IMG/VR virus record: IMGVR_UViG_3300042296_000383
Span: 660-64,659 of that record
Reading direction: 5' to 3' (one strand)
Origin: a virus
Taxonomy: Duplodnaviria; Caudoviricetes
DNA length: 64,000 nt
The number at the start of each line of letters is the position of its first letter. The stretch's first letter is position 1. This document shows, in pieces, positions 7,037 to 16,700 of this stretch. Under the pieces are notes generated by a model. The model worked only from the letters and a program-made list of their open reading frames with translations, was not told the origin of the DNA and did no database searches. The translations under genes were made by a program, and so were the position numbers.

Positions 7037-7188
7037 TAGTGCTGAGCATGACGCTGCCCGTGTTCATGCTGGTCCGATACCATCAGAGGGGTGGGAGGGC
7101 GGTGTTCTACGTGCTGATCCTGATCACGATGGTGGCTATCATACGCCCGCACATAAAGCGATCGCTTAACAGGGACACGTGGAGGTAA
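7021..7188 (+). CDS. Small two-TM membrane protein (55 aa; MRWIIIV...)
   Basis: Two hydrophobic stretches with a basic loop. Confidence 0.55.
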   Translation: MRWIIIVLSMTLPVFMLVRYHQRGGRAVFYVLILITMVAIIRPHIKRSLNRDTWR

Positions 7189-7384
7189 TATTATTTACAA
7201 CCATAAAGCACCGAGATATTAACAGGCTCTATAAGAAAGCGAGACCTCATTGATAATATCAATCGATGTTATTGCTCTTATGTGGCGCCTGTGCTGTAAC
7301 TTTCAGCAGACAAAGCCAACACTTGTTAAACAACGCAAGTGTATGTCATTCAATCAATTATTAATATTATATTAGCAAAAAATT

Positions 7385-7783
7385 ATGTACATTATACCGA
7401 CAACAGCACTTCAATGGCTCGACACACTGCCGAGCGAGGTGCGAGAGAAAGCCCTGAGACACTCAGTGTCCAGCTCATTACAGGAAGACTGCAACTCACT
7501 CTACGACGCGCTCGCCCTTGCGTTTGTGTGGGAGAACACCCCCGAGGGGGACGAGTACTGGAGGGGGATTGCCAACGAGTACACCCCGAACTTCTTGGGC
7601 TTCATCGTCAGGTTCAGGGACGCCATCAACCTGTCCTACGTGGCAAGGTTCGGTAACATAAAGCGGCAGACCTTGGAGGACGCGCTGAGGGATGAGGACA
7701 AGCAGACTCCCGAGATGAACCAGAAAGTAATGACGCTATTCTGCGAGATGCAGAGGGCGTTGAATGAAATAAACTCACTATAA
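7385..7783 (+). CDS. Hypothetical protein, possible C-terminal HTH regulator
   Basis: INLSYVARFGNIKRQTLEDAL resembles a Cro/Xre HTH; follows a non-coding gap with promoter-like TATATTAG. Confidence 0.55.
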   Translation: MYIIPTTALQWLDTLPSEVREKALRHSVSSSLQEDCNSLYDALALAFVWENTPEGDEYWRGIANEYTPNFLGFIVRFRDAINLSYVARFGNIKRQTLEDALRDEDKQTPEMNQKVMTLFCEMQRALNEINSL

Positions 7784-7793
7784 AACAAACACA

Positions 7794-8039
7794 ATGACAA
7801 AACAAACTGCGGTTGAATGGTTAGTTAAAAGTTTAGAACATGTTGGTCTAGACTATCCACTTGGACAACACACTGATATAATTGTCCAAGCCAAAGCAAT
7901 GGAGCGTGAGCAGATTATTGATACGGTATTTGAAATTTTATACAGTGAATTTGAGGGTCAAGTTGCTAAAAAAGATTTATTGTATAGTGCTGAACAATAC
8001 TACATCGAAACATACGGAGGAGATGACAAGGGAGTCTAG
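7794..8039 (+). CDS. Small phage protein (KQTAVEWL...AKAMEREQI type)
   Basis: ORF, AT-rich relative to neighbours. Confidence 0.7.
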   Translation: MTKQTAVEWLVKSLEHVGLDYPLGQHTDIIVQAKAMEREQIIDTVFEILYSEFEGQVAKKDLLYSAEQYYIETYGGDDKGV

Positions 8040-8247
8040 GGCACTGTCCATAATCCAGTTCTTCATCGACAACCCCATCCCGTACAGGAGGGCGGCTCGG
8101 GTGTTCAGACCACAACGGGAGGGCAGGCTCATGATGCGAGTCTTCAAACAGAACAACGACTACGAGATCGAGGACCTCGACGCGTGGGAGGAAATAATAA
8201 AACAGGTTAAAGAGTATGGCAAGAAAGTCAAGAAAGAGAAGGGCTAA
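8023..8247 (+). CDS. Hypothetical protein (74 aa; start MTRESRAL)
   Basis: ORF in operon. Confidence 0.6.
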   Translation: MTRESRALSIIQFFIDNPIPYRRAARVFRPQREGRLMMRVFKQNNDYEIEDLDAWEEIIKQVKEYGKKVKKEKG

Positions 8248-8644
8248 GTCGGGCAGGTACCGACTACCCAAGGAGAGCAGGTCCAGAGGCCCGTCGTTAC
8301 TGGCAAGGCTGAGGGAGGAGCAACGCGTGGCGCTGACCGTGAGGTTGAACAGCGCCAAGATAGAGCAGAGTCTGGTGCGTACCGCAAAGAAAATTATAGC
8401 ACGTGCAGACAACCCCTCGTACAGGACGCCGCTGAGAATGTCGGTGTACTTCGACCACCTGTTCGTCACCATCGAGCCAGACCCGCAGAGGCGGAGGCGA
8501 AAACTGGTGAGGATATTCAGGCTCAGGCCCACGATTAGTGACGTGATGTGGGTGAGGTTGATATGGAAAGAGCAGAGCGCCATGGCCGTGAGGTCGAGAA
8601 GGCTCGGCATAAAGACAGGTCTAATAAATAAACAAATAACATAG
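8216..8644 (+). CDS. Very basic hypothetical protein (142 aa)
   Basis: R/K-rich ORF filling the gap before Erf. Confidence 0.5.
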   Translation: MARKSRKRRAKSGRYRLPKESRSRGPSLLARLREEQRVALTVRLNSAKIEQSLVRTAKKIIARADNPSYRTPLRMSVYFDHLFVTIEPDPQRRRRKLVRIFRLRPTISDVMWVRLIWKEQSAMAVRSRRLGIKTGLINKQIT

Positions 8645-8645
8645 C

Positions 8646-9284
8646 ATGAATCTATTACAGAAACTACACGCGATACAGACCAAGGTGAGGGCTGTATCAA
8701 AAGACGAGACGACCAAGAGTCAGTACAACCCTAATGGTTTTAACTACGTGTCTGGCGACAAGATAATCGGCGTGATCCGTCCGCTTATGGACGAGATGGG
8801 CGTGATATTAAAGTCCGAGGTCATCGATATGCACAACAGTACCCAGCAGTACACCACGTCAAAGGGCGCCACAAAGAATGAGGTGCTCACCAATCTAAGG
8901 ATGAGGATGACTTGGATAGACACCGAGTCTGGAGAACGCGAGGAGTGCATGTGGGGGGCGAACGGGATGAACGACTGGGACAAGGGATTCGGCAGCGCCG
9001 TGACCTACGGAATCAGGTACTTCATACTCAAGTCATTCCTAGTATCAACCGACGCGGACGATGTCGACGGTATCATAAGGGACGTGGACACGAGACCATC
9101 AGACCAGCACAAGTCTGCCCCGCAGCCCGAGCCTATGGTCGAGAGGCCATGGCTGGAAGACGACGCCGAGGCGATGAAAAAGGTGACCGCCTTCATGAAA
9201 AATGGTGGGTCGATCGACGACGTGTACACCAAGTTCAGAATGAAGAACGCTACAAAGCAGGAGTTAATTAATCTAAACAAATAA
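8646..9284 (+). CDS. erf: ERF-family single-strand annealing recombinase
   Basis: N-terminal LLQKLHAIQ; signature DKGFGSAVTYGIRY...DADD. Confidence 0.85.
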   Translation: MNLLQKLHAIQTKVRAVSKDETTKSQYNPNGFNYVSGDKIIGVIRPLMDEMGVILKSEVIDMHNSTQQYTTSKGATKNEVLTNLRMRMTWIDTESGEREECMWGANGMNDWDKGFGSAVTYGIRYFILKSFLVSTDADDVDGIIRDVDTRPSDQHKSAPQPEPMVERPWLEDDAEAMKKVTAFMKNGGSIDDVYTKFRMKNATKQELINLNK

Positions 9285-9286
9285 AC

Positions 9287-9757
9287 ATGGAACAGGTACA
9301 ACTATTCAACCAAGGACTCCTAACCAAGGACGGTATCAAGGACCTATCAAACCAGATCATCAACTCCCTAGACGAGGGGAACTTCAACCCGCTAGACTTT
9401 AAACTTGCAGCCAAGGGCTTCGAGAAGTTGATCGAGTCTGTCAAGGAGCAGATAGACGAGGCGGCCATGACCGAGGCGGCCAAGTACGGGCAGAAGACGT
9501 TCTCATACAAGGGGTCAGAGATTCAGGTGGTGGACAACCTCGGCGTGTCTTACGACTACAGCGAGTGCAACCACCCGCAGTACAACGCGGTGATGGAAGA
9601 GTTCAACAGGATAAGCAAGCTCAAGAAGGACTTAGAGGGTGAGCTTCAGGCTACCAAGACATCCCGAACGATGATCGACGAGAGCACGGGCGAGGTGGTG
9701 ACGGTGTACCCCCCAAGGAAGCGGTCAAAGAGCGGCATCAAGATCACTATAAAATAA
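9287..9757 (+). CDS. Phage protein adjacent to the recombinase
   Basis: ORF in operon; DESTGEV motif. Confidence 0.75.
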   Translation: MEQVQLFNQGLLTKDGIKDLSNQIINSLDEGNFNPLDFKLAAKGFEKLIESVKEQIDEAAMTEAAKYGQKTFSYKGSEIQVVDNLGVSYDYSECNHPQYNAVMEEFNRISKLKKDLEGELQATKTSRTMIDESTGEVVTVYPPRKRSKSGIKITIK

Positions 9758-9766
9758 GGAGGCAAC

Positions 9767-10000
9767 ATGAGACTGATGAAAGGTAAAGTAAAGATCAAGC
9801 CTGTGCTGGAGAAAGCAAGCGAGCTGATCGATGTCGAGCAGAGACGCGTGACCAAGGCGGTCATCGTGGACACGGGCGAGTGCGAGGAGGTGGAGGTCGG
9901 ATGGACGGTGTACATTAAGCCGACAGGCTTGAAGATGTTCATGGCCAGCGAGGACTCCACACTCATAATGAACGAGTCCGATATACTGGCAAGGGTATGA
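9767..10000 (+). CDS. groES: GroES/Cpn10-like protein
   Basis: GKVKIKP...VEVGWTVY...LIMNESDILARV pattern. Confidence 0.7.
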   Translation: MRLMKGKVKIKPVLEKASELIDVEQRRVTKAVIVDTGECEEVEVGWTVYIKPTGLKMFMASEDSTLIMNESDILARV

Positions 10001-10311
10001 ACACATCACCGTGTAAGTTCTACAGGGCAGGCTCCATAGCGAGCCGCGCCCTTGACTTTGTCGACGCAGAGCTAGGCCAGCTGGTCTACACCTACCCCGC
10101 AGACAACAACGAGAACCTTGCGCTGGTAATTGACGAACGTGGAATGTTCGTCACTACCTTTGTGAGTTTCGTTAAGGTGACTGACGTGGGAAGGGAGGAG
10201 AGGATCGAGCGCATAGTTCACGACATACTAAAGATGTCCAAGGTGTATGTCCCTACCTTGTTGACGGACCAGTTCGAGAGGGACGTGATTAACATTAAAA
10301 GAAAGCCATGA
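9997..10311 (+). CDS. Hypothetical protein (104 aa)
   Basis: ATGA-coupled ORF. Confidence 0.7.
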   Translation: MNTSPCKFYRAGSIASRALDFVDAELGQLVYTYPADNNENLALVIDERGMFVTTFVSFVKVTDVGREERIERIVHDILKMSKVYVPTLLTDQFERDVINIKRKP

Positions 10312-10685
10312 AAAAGAAAACAGTTATCATACTATGCATCGTCGCCGTTATCTCTATAACAATCGCGGCGGTAATGAACGTGCCATGGGGCAGACCAAAG
10401 ATGTCGCCGACCGACCAGCTGATACAGGACGAGATCGACCACATCAAGCAGAGGGTGGAGATGAGAGACGCCGTGATCAAGGAGCTGATAATAGAGCTAC
10501 GGATGCGCGACTCCCTCATCGCCAACATACAGGCAGGTAAAACTTCTATAACAAATAAATACTACTACGATGAAAAGTTTATTCTCAGCTCTAGCGATAG
10601 CGCTAACCGTGTCCTTCGCGTCAACAACGAGCGCATGTTTATCTCAGACTACTTCGGCGGCAGATACGCTCCCCGATCTAAGTAA
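10308..10685 (+). CDS. N-terminal TM plus coiled-coil protein (i-spanin-like)
   Basis: KKK-hydrophobic anchor then heptad-rich segment; overlaps the next gene. Confidence 0.55.
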   Translation: MKKKTVIILCIVAVISITIAAVMNVPWGRPKMSPTDQLIQDEIDHIKQRVEMRDAVIKELIIELRMRDSLIANIQAGKTSITNKYYYDEKFILSSSDSANRVLRVNNERMFISDYFGGRYAPRSK

Positions 10686-11010
10686 CGACCAAGTATTCAA
10701 CCTGTGCTACAGCTCACTGAACTACTGGTGGGGGTACTCTACCGTGCAGGAACAGATGATCGAGCAGTACATCAAGAAGATACAGGCATACGAGAAGATC
10801 ACGGGCATACAGACACAGAGCGTCGAGGATCTGGAGAGGCTGTACAAGATCCGAGAGGCACAGATTGCCGAGAAGGATCGTCAGCTAGAGGAGATGAACT
10901 CGGCGTTAAAAAAAGCCAACAGGCGCAAGTCTACCATAAAAGTTGGTATGTTTGTCATCACACCTGCAGCCCTGTTAGCGGGGGTGTACATAGGAACCAA
11001 ACTAAAATAA
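10570..11010 (+). CDS. Signal peptide, coiled coil and C-terminal TM protein (spanin-like)
   Basis: Signal peptide with TSAC, coiled coil, hydrophobic C-terminus; starts inside the previous gene. Confidence 0.5.
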   Translation: MKSLFSALAIALTVSFASTTSACLSQTTSAADTLPDLSNDQVFNLCYSSLNYWWGYSTVQEQMIEQYIKKIQAYEKITGIQTQSVEDLERLYKIREAQIAEKDRQLEEMNSALKKANRRKSTIKVGMFVITPAALLAGVYIGTKLK

Positions 11011-11014
11011 AGTC

Positions 11015-11308
11015 ATGAACGTAGGACAAGAAGTTGTATGCATCAAGGATCACTCCCAAGGCATAGTCAGGGAGGGCGAGCTTTATACTGTGCAGGATGT
11101 AACGGAGACCCCATGCTGCGGCGCGGCGCTTATAGACATAGGCAAGAGACACAGCAGCATGGTCATCATGTGCACGTGCGGGAATAAGTTCCCAATCGAT
11201 GTGCCGATTCATTACCTAGCCGCTTACCTGTTCGCACCTCTGGATGACCTGTTCAACACGGAGATCTCGGAGCTGATGTCCGAGGTTGAGACGACAATAG
11301 AATTATAA
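11015..11308 (+). CDS. Hypothetical protein with Cys motifs
   Basis: VGQEVVCI, PCCG and CTCG motifs. Confidence 0.7.
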   Translation: MNVGQEVVCIKDHSQGIVREGELYTVQDVTETPCCGAALIDIGKRHSSMVIMCTCGNKFPIDVPIHYLAAYLFAPLDDLFNTEISELMSEVETTIEL

Positions 11309-11326
11309 ACCAACACATATACAACA

Positions 11327-11551
11327 ATGATAAATATTGAAAGCAAACCAAAGAAGACGGTCCAGTATTTTGACGGGTCGATCACACTAGACAAGACGTA
11401 CACGTTCACCGTGTCCAAGTGTATTAACGGCGAGGTCAAGTACACCGTCGAGCTGCACGATACCCTACCAGAAGTACTGGCCGAGGTTATCATAGGAGGG
11501 ATCCTTAACCACTGCACCACCATAGGGATAGGACAAGTTGAAAATAAATAA
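11327..11551 (+). CDS. Hypothetical protein (74 aa)
   Basis: ORF. Confidence 0.65.
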   Translation: MINIESKPKKTVQYFDGSITLDKTYTFTVSKCINGEVKYTVELHDTLPEVLAEVIIGGILNHCTTIGIGQVENK

Positions 11552-11559
11552 CAGACACA

Positions 11560-11970
11560 ATGGAAGAAAAGAAAGAGCTGACCCCAGAGGAGGCAAGAAG
11601 ACAGATGGAACGCAACAAGATCGTGTCGTTCCTCATGTACACCATAGTGATGGGGTACCTAGCAGATGAGCTGGCGGACAAGTACATCACCAAGGATGTG
11701 AAGATGACGTTCAACAGATTCTTTGACACGTTCATGAAGCGTAACAGGCATAACCTTGACCAGCTATTCAACATGTCGATCGATGAGATGCCCGACCGTG
11801 GCGCCGCGTTCCTTGAGACTCAGCAGGCGATAGAGATGTTAGCGGGTAGGGTGGCGATGCTTCCCGTGCACGCATACCCAGACATCGTCATGATCATAGA
11901 CGCTTACGTCGCTGGTCAGGTGGTGAGGGAAGGTGACATTGAAGAACAGAACGAGAAGCCATCCGAATAG
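11560..11970 (+). CDS. Hypothetical protein (136 aa), last + strand gene
   Basis: ORF. Confidence 0.75.
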   Translation: MEEKKELTPEEARRQMERNKIVSFLMYTIVMGYLADELADKYITKDVKMTFNRFFDTFMKRNRHNLDQLFNMSIDEMPDRGAAFLETQQAIEMLAGRVAMLPVHAYPDIVMIIDAYVAGQVVREGDIEEQNEKPSE

Positions 11971-11981
11971 GGTGGCTTTTT
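11956..11981. terminator. Terminator at the convergence of the + and - transcription blocks
   Basis: AAGCCATCC-gaata-GGGTGGCTT-TTT. Confidence 0.75.
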
Positions 11982-12570
11982 ATCTGTCAGCTACAAACTC
12001 CCTGCGTACTAGAGGCGCGGGCTTGTCCTTCACCTGTGTGCTGGACTCCTTGAATTTAATAGCGCTTGTCTTGCCGTGCGGGAAGAAGAAGTCCGCCATG
12101 CGGTCCTTAGTTATTCGCTTGCCTTGGTTGGACAGGTTCGTCTTGAAGGTCTCGTACTTGGACATGTCCACGCCCAGCGCGTACATCCTCATCTCGACAT
12201 CAGCCACCGTGTTACCCATCTCGTTGACTATTCCGTAGCGGGTGACACCCTCATACCCGGACACCGCCGGCTGATCCTCCACAACCTCGACGTTTAGGTC
12301 TAGTTTAATATCGCAGCTAAGCGCGGCGAACATTAGAGCCACCACCTCCGCGTGTATTGTAGGCACCAGACCCTTCTGGTCTAAGCCCGCGTACTGGCCA
12401 CGGAATACTGGCGTGTACTCACGAGTTGTTTTGTGGTATAACCTTACGGCTACCTCGACCACCGAGTTGTAGCTGGTCCTATCTACGCGCTCTACTATAT
12501 AGCCCGCCTCCAAGAACATGCTGTGTACCTTCAGTAGGTACGACTGCTCCGTCTTTAGTGTTACATTCAT
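11980..12570 (-). CDS. Hypothetical protein (196 aa)
   Basis: ORF. Confidence 0.75.
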   Translation of the reverse strand: MNVTLKTEQSYLLKVHSMFLEAGYIVERVDRTSYNSVVEVAVRLYHKTTREYTPVFRGQYAGLDQKGLVPTIHAEVVALMFAALSCDIKLDLNVEVVEDQPAVSGYEGVTRYGIVNEMGNTVADVEMRMYALGVDMSKYETFKTNLSNQGKRITKDRMADFFFPHGKTSAIKFKESSTQVKDKPAPLVRREFVADR

Positions 12571-13144
12571 TGTGTTTGTGATTACTGTACCTGCTCACTT
12601 GGTATATGGAAGACCTGAGCCGCTTCCTTCTCATGACCCGATCGCCAGAGTTACTGTCCCTTGACCCGCTGTCGTTGGTGTTACCCTCTATGGTGTCGAT
12701 CCACTTGCTTCCCCATGACTCTATGAATCCTGTGTGCCCTATCCTTTCTAGGTTGGGGTAGTACAGGGTGAACACGTCTCCAGATTCTGGAGTCGTCTTG
12801 TTCTTGTCTGGTTTTCTACGGTCGTATATCCTGTTGGTAGCTGTCGCAGATGGCGACCATGCTGTTATCTTGTGACTGATCCCGCATTTGTCGAGAACAA
12901 ACTTTACAAACGCTGCACACCATGGGGCGGGCGTTGTGATGTTGGCGTTGAGTAGGTACTCGGACACCCTCTTACCCTTGTTGTTTCCTCCCTCCTCCTG
13001 CACACCTATCTCCTCGATGGCCTTGTTTATTACACAAGGGCAAGCATAGCCAGAAGGAATCCAAGCAGATACAAGGACAGCAGCAATATATATTTTCTTG
13101 GGAACCTTACAGATCCAAGCACCCAGTCTTTGTACTCTTTCCAT
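12479..13144 (-). CDS. CHAP-domain endolysin with possible N-terminal signal/SAR segment
   Basis: PWCAAFV catalytic Cys, GHTGFI His, TIEGNT. Confidence 0.85.
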   Translation of the reverse strand: MERVQRLGAWICKVPKKIYIAAVLVSAWIPSGYACPCVINKAIEEIGVQEEGGNNKGKRVSEYLLNANITTPAPWCAAFVKFVLDKCGISHKITAWSPSATATNRIYDRRKPDKNKTTPESGDVFTLYYPNLERIGHTGFIESWGSKWIDTIEGNTNDSGSRDSNSGDRVMRRKRLRSSIYQVSRYSNHKHNECNTKDGAVVPTEGTQHVLGGGLYSRARR

Positions 13145-13383
13145 ACCGATGGTTGGTTATATTTTATAGCGCCGTGCGCCAAAGCGTTAGCAAACATTAC
13201 GGTGATAGCTGCCATGAACAGGAACTGTACCCAGTCGTCTGGTATAATATGGTTAGCGCCGACACCCTCGAGGTAGCCCTGCGCTTGGAACAAGACAAAC
13301 ACCACCACAGGGATGGTAATAAATTCTGGGAAGAACTTGAGGGTTCGTGCCAGAGAAAGTAACACGGGTTTAATTTTGTTCAT
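13030..13383 (-). CDS. Holin-like membrane protein (about 3 TM)
   Basis: Three hydrophobic segments; overlaps the endolysin. Confidence 0.6.
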   Translation of the reverse strand: MNKIKPVLLSLARTLKFFPEFITIPVVVFVLFQAQGYLEGVGANHIIPDDWVQFLFMAAITVMFANALAHGAIKYNQPSVWKEYKDWVLGSVRFPRKYILLLSLYLLGFLLAMLALV

Positions 13384-13630
13384 CTTTCTTTTTCTTAGCA
13401 AAGCGTTTCTTCATGAGGTCCACAAACTTGAACGTCATTATAACCAAACCAAGAAGAGCTGTCACACTACCCATAGACACGCTTATTAATCTAATCCACT
13501 GTTCTAGATCAGGCATGAACGACGGCACAGTAAGCACCGTTGTAGCGAAGACCCACTTCACACACACGAGAGCGTCGTCTTGGTTACTATGTAGCTGACT
13601 GATTACCTCCGTGAATATGGTGTGGCGCAT
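13370..13630 (-). CDS. Small membrane protein (holin/antiholin-like)
   Basis: TM segments and basic tail; TATTTTTG promoter element at 13653-13660. Confidence 0.55.
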   Translation of the reverse strand: MRHTIFTEVISQLHSNQDDALVCVKWVFATTVLTVPSFMPDLEQWIRLISVSMGSVTALLGLVIMTFKFVDLMKKRFAKKKKDEQN

Positions 13631-13701
13631 CTTACTGATCAATATATTTGTACAAAAATAAATCAAATTCTTGGTATTTTTACTCAGTACGGTTAGTAAT
13701 T

Positions 13702-16700
13702 TTACTCATTAATGGAGTTTGCTACTAAGTAATTGATATACTTCTCCTTAGCTGTGCTTGTCTCGTCGGAAACAAATCCCATCTCGTTGTATGCAGACTC
13801 TCCCATGTCGTAGATGTAGTACTCACCGCCGAATATATTGCCCAATTCAATAGCCTTCTTCACCTTGAAGCCTTGGTTCATCGTGATGTTCTGGCCGATG
13901 CTGTACTCGTACCTTGACATAATCTCCTCCACCACCTTCACCTGCTCATCGACAGGCAGCCCCTTGGTCGCCACCTTGATCAGCGAGTGTGCGTACTTGT
14001 TCATAGCAACCTGCTTGGTCACCATGTCTTGGTTCCTTGATATAGCGTGGTCCTTGATACCGTTCAAGATTTCTTCAACCTCGGCGTCTCTCTCTGCTTT
14101 AGTCTTCTTGCCAACACTCACCTCGTAGTCTAGCTTGTCGATCACCTGCTTCGCTTCATACTCCTTGTCCTTAAACTCTTGGATAAAGTCCTTCATGCTA
14201 GGGGCAAAGTCGTCGGCCACGTTCTTACCGAACGCCCTGATGACGTCGACAGATATCACGTTGGTACCTAGGAGATGGCGCACCAGCTCGTCGTTCACGT
14301 CTCTCTTGTAAGAGTCGCCCTCGTACTGCTTGTCTACATCTGTAGCCTTGGCTATATCCTGAACAGACCTTATAAAGCCTGGCTTCGATCTATCAAAGAC
14401 ATACAGTCCAACGTTCGCCGCATACTGTAACAGGTCGTCGTTCACGCTAGATATCTGGCCACCTCTAGAGTCCCTGTTAGTCAGAACATCTCTAGCCACG
14501 CTGAGTACAGCCTCCTCGCCGAAGAACGGCTGGAGCAGCTCGCCCATCGCGGCGCCAGCCTTAGACTCGTCTGGTCTGAACTCGCCGGTGCTAGAGTATG
14601 CGTTGTATGCCTTGGTCATAAAGTTGAATGGGTTCATCCAGTCAAGGTCGACCATCGAGTATCCGCGTGGTGTCTTCTTTACAATAATCTTTGTGTTATT
14701 TCTAGAGTACTTAGGTGAACCCTCGTATATCACGCGCTCATCGTCGTCGTCCTCCTCTGGCGCACCAAATGCTGAGGCTATAAGCTGGGTAATAGTGTTA
14801 ACCGCAACAACAGCGGCGCCATACGACACCAATCTCTTCATGCCTATAGCTGCCTGTCTCTTGTTCTTGGAGGCCGCGCCTTCGTTTATATCCTTTACCG
14901 CGCGCAGTGGTATGGTCACCGATATACGCATAGCCTCGGCTACGAATGTAGGGAACGTGCCCAGAAGCGGTGATGCGGATAGCCTCTTGACGATCTCAGG
15001 TGCGTTGTCGTACACGATGTTGGTCTCCTTAAATCTAGACACCGCTATGTCGCGCTGCTCTGCCTTTGACTTGGAAGGGAACATGAACTTGACGTCGGCA
15101 AGCTCAGCCTCGTACTGCACCACACGGTGGATATTATCCATCATCTCGTACCAACTAATAGCAAAAGACTTTGTTTTTGACAGTACTGCCTTTACCCTGT
15201 TGGTCATGTTCTTGCTGTTCTCCATCGGGTCTATAGTGATATCAACAGCGCCGTAAGCCTCCTCGATAACCTTCCTCATAACAGAAGCGTCCACGCCGGA
15301 TCCTATAACGCCGGCCTCAATAAGGTCTAGGAGGTACTGGTCGTCCGCCTTACCAAGCTCCTTGAACCCGTACTTGAAACCCTTGGGCATCTTAGTAAAC
15401 AGGCTGTACATGTGACCGTTAGCCAACGGCATCACGATGTTGGAGTAGAAGTTTCTAACATTAGCTCGTGGTGATAAGATAGTCTGACCCATCTTCCATG
15501 CCGCAGCAATCTTACGAAGCACGTCAAACTTTACAGTGGTATCAACCCTGCCAAGCATATCCGCGATCTCCGGCGTAGTGTACATACCCATCAACGGGTC
15601 GTACTGGTTCTTGTTACCCTTGATCTGCTCACCGAACTCGCTCGACTTGGTGTCAAAGAATATCTTGTCCTTACCCATAGCCGCAACGCCAGTCAAGAAC
15701 TTCTTGTTCTCGGCGAAGTGTATCATGTTGGCCATGGTGTTGTAGAAGTTCGTCATCGGGTCTGTGTACTCCCCGAGGAACGCCCTCAAAACATCTGGTA
15801 TATCCTTACGCTTCTTGAGCATGTCGTCCATAGCCTTGCCCATCTTGCCGCCAGTCTTTATAAACTCTGCGAGGTCAAGTCCCGTGTCAACCTTGGCCAT
15901 AGCAGCTAGCATGCTGTCGATGCTGCCTAGGTCTAAGTCAGGGTACTGAGACTGCAAGAAATTAAACGCCGCGTCATACAGCGCCTGCATCTTTGGTGAC
16001 CTGTCCGCCTGACCAGCCGCCGTGCTCAAACCCTTAGGGAACATGGCCTTGTTCCAGCTTCCATTACTGAAGGCCGCGTAGCTACGGTTCATGTACACCC
16101 CGAGATTGTTGCTGATAGCGCCGTATAGGTTAGATGTCGGGTCGACATATGCCTGTACCTCGCCGGACATGTAGTCGATGTCCTGACGCATGCCGAGGAC
16201 AATGTCCTGAAGATCGTCTGATATTATATTGGAAGTGCTAGGCTGTACCTTACCCGTAAGTAGGCCGTTGATGTGGTTGATTGCCGCATCTATCTCCGCC
16301 TGCGTCTTCCCTTTAAATTCTTTTTTAAACTGTGCACTGAATCTCTTAGCCGTACCCTGCATCTCACGCATCCTCTTCTTGATAGAGTTCTCGGTCACCT
16401 TGTTCATGTCACGGATCTCGCTATGAAATCCTTTACCAAACCAGTAACTAAGAAATGATTTCACAGAGCTAAATCTCTGGGGTACTAGCCAGTTCTTTGA
16501 GTTGCCGACGTACCTTGATCCTATACCTGTTGCGTTGAAGTCCATCACGCCGCCAGCTATGGATACCTTAGCCGCCTCGGTGTCTAGGTTATCTAGCTGA
16601 CTGCTGGTGATTGTGGATATCGGGAAGTTACCCTCCAGATCCTTTGCTATAACTTCAGCCAAGTCCTTCGCCTTCATCTTCATGAAGTCACGGTCTGATC

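Noticed and set aside
601-7330. Shared TATGTGGCGC and TTGTTAAA words in two non-coding gaps (near 604 and 7279)
   Set aside because: Only two short matches with different spacing; too weak to call an operator.
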